Made by a program: the position numbers and the translations under genes. From contig DASSWC010000243.1 in assembly GCA_035705395.1 (NCBI GenBank), forward strand, positions 1 through 44,289: DNA of 44,289 nucleotides, read 5' to 3'. Positions 8,946 to 18,180 of this stretch are shown piece after piece (position 1 is the stretch's first letter; each line of letters opens with the position of its first letter). The notes under the pieces are model-generated. The model made no database searches. It was not told the origin of the DNA and worked only from the letters and a program-made list of their open reading frames with translations. Source of the DNA: Pricia sp. (GTDB lineage Bacteria; Bacteroidota; Bacteroidia; Flavobacteriales; Flavobacteriaceae).

Positions 8946-9509
8946 ATGACGCGGAAAATTCTTTATATATCATTGGTCTTTCTATCGGTATTCCTGTTTA
9001 CCAATTGCGGATCCAAAAAGAAGACCACCTACGGCGAAACCCGGAAAGTTTCGGTTTCGGCCCGCAAGGAACCCCTGCCACGGAACGAGCCAAAAACGGC
9101 GGAAAGGCATATATCCAAAAGACGCACTAAAGCCGACGACATCATCGATACCGCGTTGCAATTTTCCGGCGTACGCTATAAATACGGCGGCACGACCAAG
9201 AAGGGAATGGACTGCTCGGGCCTGCTGTACGTCGCCTTTGGCGAAAACGGCGTCAAATTGCCCCGGGTTTCCTACCATATGGCGGAAGAGGGCAAGCGCA
9301 TCCGGCTTCAAGAAGTTGCCAAGGGAGATCTGCTATTTTTTAGGACAAGCAAAGGGGCCAAACGTATCAACCACGTAGGTATGGTCGTCGCCGTAGAGAA
9401 TAACGAGATCAAGTTCATACACGCCTCGAGTTCGCGGGGTGTTATCGTTTCTTCGTTGCGCGAAGGCTATTGGAATAGTGCCTTCGTTAGGGCTACCCGG
9501 GTACTGTAA
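8946..9509 (+). CDS. NlpC/P60 (C40) peptidoglycan endopeptidase lipoprotein
   Basis: Lipobox FTNC, YKYGG..GMDCSG, GDLLFF, HVGM, FIHASSS. Confidence 0.92.
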   Translation: MTRKILYISLVFLSVFLFTNCGSKKKTTYGETRKVSVSARKEPLPRNEPKTAERHISKRRTKADDIIDTALQFSGVRYKYGGTTKKGMDCSGLLYVAFGENGVKLPRVSYHMAEEGKRIRLQEVAKGDLLFFRTSKGAKRINHVGMVVAVENNEIKFIHASSSRGVIVSSLREGYWNSAFVRATRVL

Positions 9510-9641
9510 CATGACAAAATTCCAAAAGTTGCCAAAACTCGGATTATTTGAATCGTTCATCGATTATTTTCAATTTTTGTAATCCCCCGATTTTCAAATC
9601 GTTACATTGTCACCTCTAGCCATCGCTACCCTGCCACCGCC

Positions 9642-11759
9642 ATGAACCTGCTCCGCTTTATCCCCATAAAACTGACCCTGCTCCTGGTCTTAGGGATTCT
9701 ATTGGGCCGGTTTCTACAGCCAACAATGGTACTGGCGGTGTCCTTTACAGGGCTATTTTTGTCAATGCTCGGATGGCGGTTTTATACGGAAAAACGCACA
9801 GCCCGTTTGCACCGCAAGAGCTCCCCCGTATTTGGGATTGCGGTAGCACTGACCGCCCTTTCCATCGGTGTTTTGGCGGTATCGGCTACGGATCCGAAAA
9901 ACAAACCGCACCACTATGTCCATCACGATTTTACGGGTAACCGCCTTTGGAAAATAAAAATACGGGAGGTGCTTAAGCCCACCGCATATTCCGATCGCTA
10001 TGTGGCCGAGGTACTTGCGCTGGAAAACAAGAGAGCATCCGGAAAGATACTGCTGGGCCTTTCCTCGGATACCGAGATCCAAAAGACCGTTGTAGCAGCC
10101 GAAAAATCAAGGGAAGAAGATGGTAAATCCAAAAGGGACAAATTTAACGTAGACGATGAACTTATCGTCTATACGGCCATAAGCCGAATAAATTCGCCCC
10201 TTAATCCCCATCAATTCGACTATCGGGATTATATGGAAGGTTTGGGAATTACCCATCAAATACGGCTGCGTTCGGATAGCCTGATCCGGGCACAAAATCC
10301 CCGATCCACCCTTTATGGAACGGCAGCCGCCATCCGACAAGGGATTATCGTCAAACTGAAGGAGGCCGATTTCGGGCAAGAGGAATTGGGAATCATCCAG
10401 GCCCTGTTGCTGGGGCAGCGCGGCGATATTTCAGAGGAGACCTACGACAATTACAAAAATGCGGGTGCGGTTCATATTCTTGCGGTATCGGGATTGCATA
10501 TCGGTATCCTGCTGCTGTTACTGCAATTTTTGTTGCGGCCCTTGGAACGCTTGCCCAGGGGAAAAACCCTAAAATTACTCCTTAGCGTCATCCTACTCTG
10601 GGGGTTCGCGTTGCTGGCGGGGCTGTCGGCCTCCGTGGTCCGCGCCGTAACCATGTTCTCGTTCGTGGCCTATGCCCTATTCCTCAATCGGCCCGGTAAC
10701 ACCTTTAACATTCTGGCGCTCTCAATGTTCTTTATCCTTTTGGCCATAAATCCGCTCTTGTTGTTCCATGTCGGATTCCAGATGAGCTATGCCGCAATAT
10801 TTGCCATTGTTTGGATCTATCCCCTACTCCAACGCTTCTGGAACCCGAAAAACGGGGTTGTCCGCTACATTTGGCAACTGCTTTCGGTCAGTATCGCGGC
10901 GCAGCTGGGGGTCTTGCCGATCAGCCTGTTCTATTTCCATCAGTTTCCGGGGCTGTTCCTTATTTCGAATTTGTTGATCGTTCCGGCGTTGGGACTCATT
11001 CTGGGGATGGGAATTTTGGTTTTGGTGATGGCATCAACGGGCGTTCTGCACGATACGGTAGTCATGGTTTACGATACGCTGATCCGATGGATGAACACCG
11101 CAATAGGATGGGTAGCGCAGCAGGAAGCCTTCGTATTTGGGAACATTTCCTTCGATGCCATACAGCTGGTCTTGGCCTATGCCATCCTCATTGCTGGGGT
11201 GCTTTTCTTTTCTAGACCCGACTTTAGGAAGGCCGTCGTTCTGGCCTCGGCCGTTATCGGATTTCAATTGTGGGTCCTATACACAGGCTATGAGACCCGG
11301 CAAAAAGAGGCCCTTTTCGTAGCCCACCAAACGCGGAATACCGTCATTATGTACCAATCGGGAGCCCGTTTATCGGCCATAGCGCATGACGGCGACCGGC
11401 TGGAGCGAATGATAGCGGATTATCAAACCGCCGAACGGATCGCATCCGTAACGCATCCCTCCCTGGTCAACAGCTACCGTTGGCATGACAAAAACCTATT
11501 GATTATCGATAGTTTGGGAATGTATCCCAAGAATCGGGTACCTCCGGATTATCTTTTGCTGACCGGCTCCCCCAGACTGAACCTGGAGCGCCTGATCGAT
11601 ACCATACGTCCGAAGATTATAATCGCCGATGGCAGCAACTACAAAAGTTACGTGGGCCGATGGAAGAAAACCTGTGAACGAAGGGGACTCCCCTTTCACG
11701 ATACCGGCGAGATGGGGGCGTATCATTTCGATAGTCCCGTGTCGTCAGAAAGACCCTAA
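9642..11759 (+). CDS. comEC: ComEC/Rec2 competence family membrane protein
   Basis: NPHQFDY, HILAVSGLH, SVVRA, GFQMSY, many TM helices. Confidence 0.92.
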   Translation: MNLLRFIPIKLTLLLVLGILLGRFLQPTMVLAVSFTGLFLSMLGWRFYTEKRTARLHRKSSPVFGIAVALTALSIGVLAVSATDPKNKPHHYVHHDFTGNRLWKIKIREVLKPTAYSDRYVAEVLALENKRASGKILLGLSSDTEIQKTVVAAEKSREEDGKSKRDKFNVDDELIVYTAISRINSPLNPHQFDYRDYMEGLGITHQIRLRSDSLIRAQNPRSTLYGTAAAIRQGIIVKLKEADFGQEELGIIQALLLGQRGDISEETYDNYKNAGAVHILAVSGLHIGILLLLLQFLLRPLERLPRGKTLKLLLSVILLWGFALLAGLSASVVRAVTMFSFVAYALFLNRPGNTFNILALSMFFILLAINPLLLFHVGFQMSYAAIFAIVWIYPLLQRFWNPKNGVVRYIWQLLSVSIAAQLGVLPISLFYFHQFPGLFLISNLLIVPALGLILGMGILVLVMASTGVLHDTVVMVYDTLIRWMNTAIGWVAQQEAFVFGNISFDAIQLVLAYAILIAGVLFFSRPDFRKAVVLASAVIGFQLWVLYTGYETRQKEALFVAHQTRNTVIMYQSGARLSAIAHDGDRLERMIADYQTAERIASVTHPSLVNSYRWHDKNLLIIDSLGMYPKNRVPPDYLLLTGSPRLNLERLIDTIRPKIIIADGSNYKSYVGRWKKTCERRGLPFHDTGEMGAYHFDSPVSSERP

Positions 11760-13327
11760 GCTTTCAATTCGGTTTCGGGCCCTTTGTTATCTACCTCCTT
11801 GATTTCAGTTTCGTTGTCCTCCGCACCATGTGTCAATCTTTTCAAGGGTTTTAATAAGAGAATGACCAGAATTCCGAAAATTACGGCAAAGATGAAAAGA
11901 CCACCAAAAATATTGAACTCACTGGCATGTGCCGAGCTTTCACCTATCACCCCTGCCACTTTGTTGCCCAGGCCCGTAGCGGCCCAATATACGCCCATCA
12001 TCAGTGCCATGTACCTTGCCGGAGCCAATTTCGTGAAAAATGACATGGAAACCGGGGATAGGGAAAGTTCGCCCAGGGTATGAAATAGATAGGCCAGTAC
12101 CAGCCAATACATGGCCGAACTCCCCTCACTCTCAAATTGCATCGAGGCGAATACCATATAGATAAATCCCACTCCCATAATAATCATCCCGGTAGCCATC
12201 TTAAAGAGTGACGAGGCCTCCTTCCCCTTTAATTGACGTTTTGCCCAAATATTGGCGACCCCTACGGAAAATAGGAGAATAAATCCGGCATTCGCCCCTT
12301 GGAACCAAGCGGTAGGCACTTCCCAGCCCAAGAGCATCCGATCTGTCTTGTCTTCGGCATACAAGTTCATCAGTCCGCCCATTTGTTCAAAACAGCCCCA
12401 GAAGGCCATTACGATCAGTAGCGAAAGCAATAAGACCACATAACGGTCTTTTTCCACCTGTCCGTTCAGGTTCTTATAGATCATCATCATCATCCCCGTT
12501 ATAAGGGAAAGTGCGATGAACAATGCACCATAGCCCCAGTTATCAGGGCCATCGAATGTAAATCCAGCATACATCGATAGGGCTAACAGTATAACAACAA
12601 TGGTCAAATGCAGCGGCGATTTTAGCAGTTGTGAAAATAGGGTGCCTAAACTTACATCCCCTGTTTTATCCTCAACGGTAGGGGCATTGCCCACATGGGG
12701 CAGAAAGTAGTATTGCCCAATAAGATATACGATCAGGCCAAAGAACATACCGATACCTGCCAACCCAAAACCCCAATGCCATCCAAACTGCTGGGCAACG
12801 ATACCTACGGAAAGCGACGCCAAAAAAGAACCTAGGTTTATGCCGATGTAATAAATACTAAAGCCTTTGTCCCTCCGGATATCATTGGCCTTATACAGTC
12901 CCCCGACCATCGTCGAAATATTGGGTTTTAACATACCTACCCCTAGAATGATAAATCCAAGACCGATATAGAAGGCCCATAGTGCATCAACGGCCAGCAC
13001 GCCATGCCCTATGGTCAACAATATGGCACCGATACCGACGGACCATTTCTGACCGATCAGCCTATCGGCTATAATACCTCCGGGGATACTCATCACATAG
13101 ACCAGCATCGTATACCATACGTACAGTGCCAAGGCCTCGGTTTCTGTCCATCCCAAACCGCTTTGTGGATCCAGGCCCAAAGTTTCCGCGGTCATATAGA
13201 TTACCAGTAATGCCCGCATCCCGTAGTAGGAAAAACGTTCCCACATCTCGGTCAGGAAAAGAACGTAGAGCCCGACAGGATGGCCGAAGAGCTCTTTTTT
13301 GTGGGTGGGTTTGGTGGTTGCTATCAT
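11756..13327 (-). CDS. Proton-dependent oligopeptide (POT/PTR) MFS transporter
   Basis: FGHP, EMWERFSYYGMR, GGIIADR, KPNIS, YIGINLGS, GELSLSP. Confidence 0.95.
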   Translation of the reverse strand: MIATTKPTHKKELFGHPVGLYVLFLTEMWERFSYYGMRALLVIYMTAETLGLDPQSGLGWTETEALALYVWYTMLVYVMSIPGGIIADRLIGQKWSVGIGAILLTIGHGVLAVDALWAFYIGLGFIILGVGMLKPNISTMVGGLYKANDIRRDKGFSIYYIGINLGSFLASLSVGIVAQQFGWHWGFGLAGIGMFFGLIVYLIGQYYFLPHVGNAPTVEDKTGDVSLGTLFSQLLKSPLHLTIVVILLALSMYAGFTFDGPDNWGYGALFIALSLITGMMMMIYKNLNGQVEKDRYVVLLLSLLIVMAFWGCFEQMGGLMNLYAEDKTDRMLLGWEVPTAWFQGANAGFILLFSVGVANIWAKRQLKGKEASSLFKMATGMIIMGVGFIYMVFASMQFESEGSSAMYWLVLAYLFHTLGELSLSPVSMSFFTKLAPARYMALMMGVYWAATGLGNKVAGVIGESSAHASEFNIFGGLFIFAVIFGILVILLLKPLKRLTHGAEDNETEIKEVDNKGPETELKA

Positions 13328-13420
13328 TTGTCTGGCTTTAGTTTGAAGATTTTTTAGTTGGTTTGCATACTTTCCGCTTAGCGTACACGCCGGTCATCGC
13401 GCCGCAGGTCTGTCGTTTGG

Positions 13421-15586
13421 CTACAACTTCTCCTTAATATACCGGGTCATTTTGTTGAACAGGTGTACGCGGGTCATACCACCATAGATACCATGGTTCT
13501 TGTCGGGATAGATGGCCCAGCGGAAGGGTTTGTTCGCCTGCACCAAGGCCTCGATCATGCGCATGGAGTTCTGAACATGCACGTTGTCATCGCCTGAACC
13601 GTGGATTAGCAAGTAGTTTCCCTGTAACAGCTCGGGATAATTGAGGGGCGAATTATCGTCGTAACCGTCGGGATTCTCCTCGGGGGTACGCATAAAACGC
13701 TCGGTGTAAATGGTATCGTAAAACCGCCAGGAAGTAACCGGTGCTACGGCAATGGCCGTTTCAAAGGTATCGTTGCCCTTAAGAATACAATTCGTCGACA
13801 TATGTCCGCCAAAGCTCCACCCCCAGATGCCCGTGCGTTTCTCATCGATAAAAGGTTTTTCGCTCAGTTTTTTAGCGGCGGCAATTTGGTCTTCGGTCTC
13901 GTATTTGACCAGGTTCAGATAGGTAACCTTCTTAAAATCACTCCCCTTAAAACCGGTACCACGCCCATCGACACAGGCGATGACATAGCCCTCCGCTGCC
14001 AATATTTGGTGCCAATAATCCCGGTCGCCCAGCCAGCGGTTGGCTACGCTCTGCGAACCCGGGCCGCTATATTGGTACATCAGCAACGGATATTTTTTCG
14101 AGGCATCGAAGTCCGTGGGCTTAATGATGTACATGTTCAGGTCGTTGCCGTTGATGGCGATGGTCGAGAATTCTTTTTTGTTGAATTCGTAACCTTCCAA
14201 TTTCTCGAGCAAGGCCTGGTTGTTCTTGATCTCCTTGAGTTGCTTTCCGTTTGATGCCTTGTGCAAGGTGTATATCGGTGGCGTGGCCGCGCTGGAATAG
14301 GTGTTGATGAAGTAGGTGAAATTCGCACTGAAATCCGCCGAATTCGTACCTTCTTCGGCTGCCAACGCCTTTTTGCGTTTCCCATCGCTTTCGATGCTAT
14401 ATACCCCCCGGTTGATGGAGCCGTTTTCGGTGGACTGGTAGTATACCTTGTCCGTATCCTGGTCGTAGCCATAATACGCGGTCACTACCCACGGGCCCTT
14501 TGTGATCTGATTTATTAAAGTGCCGTCCTGATCGTACAGGTAAATGTGGTTGTAGCCATCCTTTTCGCTGGTCCAGATAAAACTGTCATCGGCCAAAAAG
14601 GTCAGGTCATCCGTCACATCGACATAGGCTTCGTCCGTTTCCTCGTGCAGTATTGAAACGCTATTGTCCTCCGTATTCACTACATGTAGCTTCAGGGTAT
14701 TCTGATGCCGGTTCAACGTCTGTACGCTAAGTCGGTCGGGGTGGTTCATCCATTGTATCCGGGGGATATAATACGGATTTCCAAGATCGACTTTCGAGGT
14801 ATTTCCCGAGGCTACATCGACAAGGTGCAGGCTAACGGTGGAATTCGTTTCCCCCGCCTTCGGATACTTAAAGGTTTCTTGCGTCGGATACAGGTCCGTT
14901 CCATAGATATCCATCGAAAATTCGGGCACCTCGGTCTCGTCGAAACGCAGAAAGGCGATTTGGCTGCCATCGGAATTCCATGCAAAGGCCCTTACGAACG
15001 CAAATTCTTCTTCGTAGACCCAGTCGGTGACCCCGTTGATAATCTTGTTCTTGACACCGTCGGTGGTAATCTGTCGGGTTTCTTCGGATGCGATATCGAA
15101 AAGATACAGATTGTTGTTTGCGACATAGGCCACCTGTTGCCCATCGGGGGATAGGTTCGGCTCACGGATTTTGCCCTCGGATACTTGGGTCAATGTCTTG
15201 GTTCCCACATCGTACACGAAATAAACGCCCGTGGTGGAACGTCTGAAAATGGACTCCACCTGGGTTGCCAGCAGGATTTTAGATTCGTCGGCACTGAACT
15301 CGTAGGAAGAAAAACGTTCGATTTCTGGGAGATCGGCCGAACTTACCACGGTTCCGACCTTTTCTAAGGTAGCATAATCGTAGGTATCGATGCTGACGGT
15401 ACCTGCCGACCGATTATGGTTCAGGATGGTGTATTGCTTTCCGTTGTTCAGCGAACGTAGGGCTTCGAGACCCTCGGTCCGGAACGCGCCACTGTAGATT
15501 TCTTCTACGGAAATTGTTTTGTCCTGGGAATACGTTAGGGTCAGAAATCCGATGCTGAAAAGTAAGAGCGTTACCGATTTTTTCAT
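13421..15586 (-). CDS. Dipeptidyl peptidase IV (S9B)
   Basis: DWVYEEE, YPKAG, GWSFGG nucleophile, DDNVH, NHGI; signal peptide. Confidence 0.95.
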   Translation of the reverse strand: MKKSVTLLLFSIGFLTLTYSQDKTISVEEIYSGAFRTEGLEALRSLNNGKQYTILNHNRSAGTVSIDTYDYATLEKVGTVVSSADLPEIERFSSYEFSADESKILLATQVESIFRRSTTGVYFVYDVGTKTLTQVSEGKIREPNLSPDGQQVAYVANNNLYLFDIASEETRQITTDGVKNKIINGVTDWVYEEEFAFVRAFAWNSDGSQIAFLRFDETEVPEFSMDIYGTDLYPTQETFKYPKAGETNSTVSLHLVDVASGNTSKVDLGNPYYIPRIQWMNHPDRLSVQTLNRHQNTLKLHVVNTEDNSVSILHEETDEAYVDVTDDLTFLADDSFIWTSEKDGYNHIYLYDQDGTLINQITKGPWVVTAYYGYDQDTDKVYYQSTENGSINRGVYSIESDGKRKKALAAEEGTNSADFSANFTYFINTYSSAATPPIYTLHKASNGKQLKEIKNNQALLEKLEGYEFNKKEFSTIAINGNDLNMYIIKPTDFDASKKYPLLMYQYSGPGSQSVANRWLGDRDYWHQILAAEGYVIACVDGRGTGFKGSDFKKVTYLNLVKYETEDQIAAAKKLSEKPFIDEKRTGIWGWSFGGHMSTNCILKGNDTFETAIAVAPVTSWRFYDTIYTERFMRTPEENPDGYDDNSPLNYPELLQGNYLLIHGSGDDNVHVQNSMRMIEALVQANKPFRWAIYPDKNHGIYGGMTRVHLFNKMTRYIKEKL

Positions 15587-15750
15587 AGGGGGATAAAAAT
15601 AGAATTAATCGTTCAAGTTTAACGATAAATTCTCGAATTGGTAAACTTTACGTAAAAATAGTGCCTCCTTATGTCCAGATTGGGATGGAATCCCTTCGAT
15701 ATCACAGGTATTTCCTTTATCATTATATTTACTGTTTGAAACCCAATTCT

Positions 15751-17097
15751 ATGACCCGACCTATCGAGGGATTTTCCAAACTGGCCAAAAATGATAAAAT
15801 AGATTGGATTACCGCCAACTACACCGAAAATCCCGAAACCGCCAAGCAAGTCTTGAAACGCTATTGGAACCCCGATCCCAACGTACAGCGGCTACACGAT
15901 GAGTTTATCGAGAATACCCTGACCAATTATTATCTGCCCTTTGGCATCGCCCCCAATTTTTTGATCGATGGGAATCTATACGCAATTCCCATGACCATCG
16001 AGGAAAGCTCGGTGGTGGCCGCAGCGAGCAAGGCCGCCAAATTCTGGTTGGAACGGGGGGGATTCAGGACCCGCGTGCTGGGTACGGAAAAAATAGGGCA
16101 AGTACATTTTATCTATCACGGCAGCCCCAACACCCTGAAGGCTTTTTTCAAGGCGATCGAACCGAAGCTGCTTTCCGATACCGCCGCCATAACCAAAAAC
16201 ATGGAAAAGCGGGGCGGTGGCATTACCGGAATCGAATTACGGGACAAGACGGCAGCCCTCGAAAACTACTACCAACTATACTGCACCTTCGAGACCGTAG
16301 ATGCTATGGGCGCGAATTTTATCAACTCCTGTCTGGAGCAGTTGGCCACCAGCCTGGAGCGGGAAGCGCGAAATTTCGCCGATTTTGACGCGGAAAAAAA
16401 GAAAGGGAAACAAGGGCCAATCGAGGTGGTTATGGCCATCCTCTCGAACTACGTACCCAATTGTTTGGTACGGGCCGAGGTAGAATGCCCTGTAGAGGGG
16501 CTGGAAGTCGATACGGAATTTTCCCGGGGAGCCTTTGCCGAACAGATGGTCAGGGCCATCGACATCGCCAAGGCGGAACCCTACCGCGCCGTGACCCATA
16601 ACAAGGGGGTCATGAACGGAATCGACGCTGTCGTACTTGCTACCGGCAATGACTTCCGGGCGGTCGAGGCGGGCATTCACGCCTATGCCACCAAAGATGG
16701 GAACTATACCAGCCTGACCCATGCCGAGATCAAGGACGGCCATTTCCGGTTTTGGATTGAAGTCCCCTTGGCATTGGGAACCGTAGGGGGACTCACCAGC
16801 CTGCATCCCTTGGTCAACCTGGCCTTGGATATTTTGGGAAATCCTACGGCGGAACAACTGATGCGGATTGTGGCGGTAGCGGGCCTGGCCCAAAATTTTG
16901 CGGCCCTCCAATCCCTAGTTACCACGGGCATACAGGAAGGCCATATGAAAATGCACCTGCTGAACATCCTCAATCAATTGGGGGCGACCGAAGCAGAGAA
17001 AAAGACCCTGATCGAATATTTCAAGAAAAATACGGTGACCCATAGGGCGGTAGAGGAGGCGTTTGGGAAACTGCGGGACGGTTTGACACGCCTTTGA
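15751..17097 (+). CDS. mvaA: Class II hydroxymethylglutaryl-CoA reductase
   Basis: EESSVVAAAS, DAMGAN, RAVTHNKG, GNDFRA, GIQEGHMKMH. Confidence 0.93.
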   Translation: MTRPIEGFSKLAKNDKIDWITANYTENPETAKQVLKRYWNPDPNVQRLHDEFIENTLTNYYLPFGIAPNFLIDGNLYAIPMTIEESSVVAAASKAAKFWLERGGFRTRVLGTEKIGQVHFIYHGSPNTLKAFFKAIEPKLLSDTAAITKNMEKRGGGITGIELRDKTAALENYYQLYCTFETVDAMGANFINSCLEQLATSLEREARNFADFDAEKKKGKQGPIEVVMAILSNYVPNCLVRAEVECPVEGLEVDTEFSRGAFAEQMVRAIDIAKAEPYRAVTHNKGVMNGIDAVVLATGNDFRAVEAGIHAYATKDGNYTSLTHAEIKDGHFRFWIEVPLALGTVGGLTSLHPLVNLALDILGNPTAEQLMRIVAVAGLAQNFAALQSLVTTGIQEGHMKMHLLNILNQLGATEAEKKTLIEYFKKNTVTHRAVEEAFGKLRDGLTRL

Positions 17098-17098
17098 T

Positions 17099-18154
17099 AT
17101 GCGATTGAAAAAAACCTTCTACAGCAACGGAAAATTGCTCCTTACGGGTGAATACGCGGTGCTGGACGGTGCCCTAAGCTTGGCCGTTCCGACCCGATAC
17201 GGACAATCGTTATCGGTGAAATCAGCCGAAACCTCGCAATTAATTTGGAAAAGCCTCGATGAAAATGGGCAAATCTGGTTCGAGACCGTTTTCGATCTTA
17301 AATCATTTTCTGTCGCTGTAGGATTCAACGATGTCGAACGTAATGCCGAAAACGAGGCAACGGAAACAACATTGCTGGCCCTTTTACGGGGGGCCCAAAA
17401 ACTAAATCCCGCTTTCCTGAAGGATGCCAGGGGATACCATGTGGAGACCCGGTTGACATTTCCCCGCAATTGGGGGCTCGGCTCTTCCTCGACCTTGATC
17501 AACAACATCGCCCAATGGGCCGAGATCGATGCCTATCACTTATTGTGGAACGTCTATTCGGGAAGCGGCTACGACATCGCCTGCGCACAGCATGACCGCC
17601 CAATTCTGTACCGGCTCAGCGAGAACCCGCACCGGACCCGGCAAATGCTGCACGAAGAACCTCAACCTGGGGTAACGCAGCATCCGGAAAAAGGGAACGC
17701 AAACTCCCTGCGTGCCGTCCGAGTAGAAGAGGTCGCTTTCGATCCCCCATTTTCCGACAACCTGCATTTCGTCCATCTCAATAAAAAACAGGACAGCCAG
17801 GAGGGAATCGCCACCTACCGGAAAAAGGATGGCGACAGGCGCCAACTCGTGCAAAAAATATCGGAGATTACCCGTAAAACCGTAGCTTGCAAAAGCCTAA
17901 CGGAATTCGAAGCCTTGGCGGTCGAGCACGAAACGTTGCTCTCCCAAATGCTACAAAGGCCCACGGTCGGGGAATTGCTGTTCCCCGATTTTGGTGGCGT
18001 TGTCAAAAGCCTGGGCGCCTGGGGTGGGGATTTCGTTTTGGCGACGGGAGACGCTAAAACCCCCTCCTATTTTAAAGAAAAAGGCTACCCTACTGTTGTA
18101 GCCTATAGCGATATGGTCTTAACCGCGGCGGATGATATCATCGAGAAACCCTAA
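17099..18154 (+). CDS. GYDIA-family GHMP kinase (mevalonate-pathway kinase candidate)
   Basis: GKLLLTGEY, WGLGSSS, GSGYDIA, KSLGAWGGD; coupled to HMG-CoA reductase. Confidence 0.9.
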   Translation: MRLKKTFYSNGKLLLTGEYAVLDGALSLAVPTRYGQSLSVKSAETSQLIWKSLDENGQIWFETVFDLKSFSVAVGFNDVERNAENEATETTLLALLRGAQKLNPAFLKDARGYHVETRLTFPRNWGLGSSSTLINNIAQWAEIDAYHLLWNVYSGSGYDIACAQHDRPILYRLSENPHRTRQMLHEEPQPGVTQHPEKGNANSLRAVRVEEVAFDPPFSDNLHFVHLNKKQDSQEGIATYRKKDGDRRQLVQKISEITRKTVACKSLTEFEALAVEHETLLSQMLQRPTVGELLFPDFGGVVKSLGAWGGDFVLATGDAKTPSYFKEKGYPTVVAYSDMVLTAADDIIEKP

Positions 18155-18180
18155 AAGGACTATATCCCATCCCCACTTAT

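Noticed and set aside
11756-11759. CTAA/TTAG at convergent gene overlaps (also 5000-5003) as IS5 target scars
   Set aside because: Any 4-nt overlap of convergent TAA/TAG stops must read YTAR
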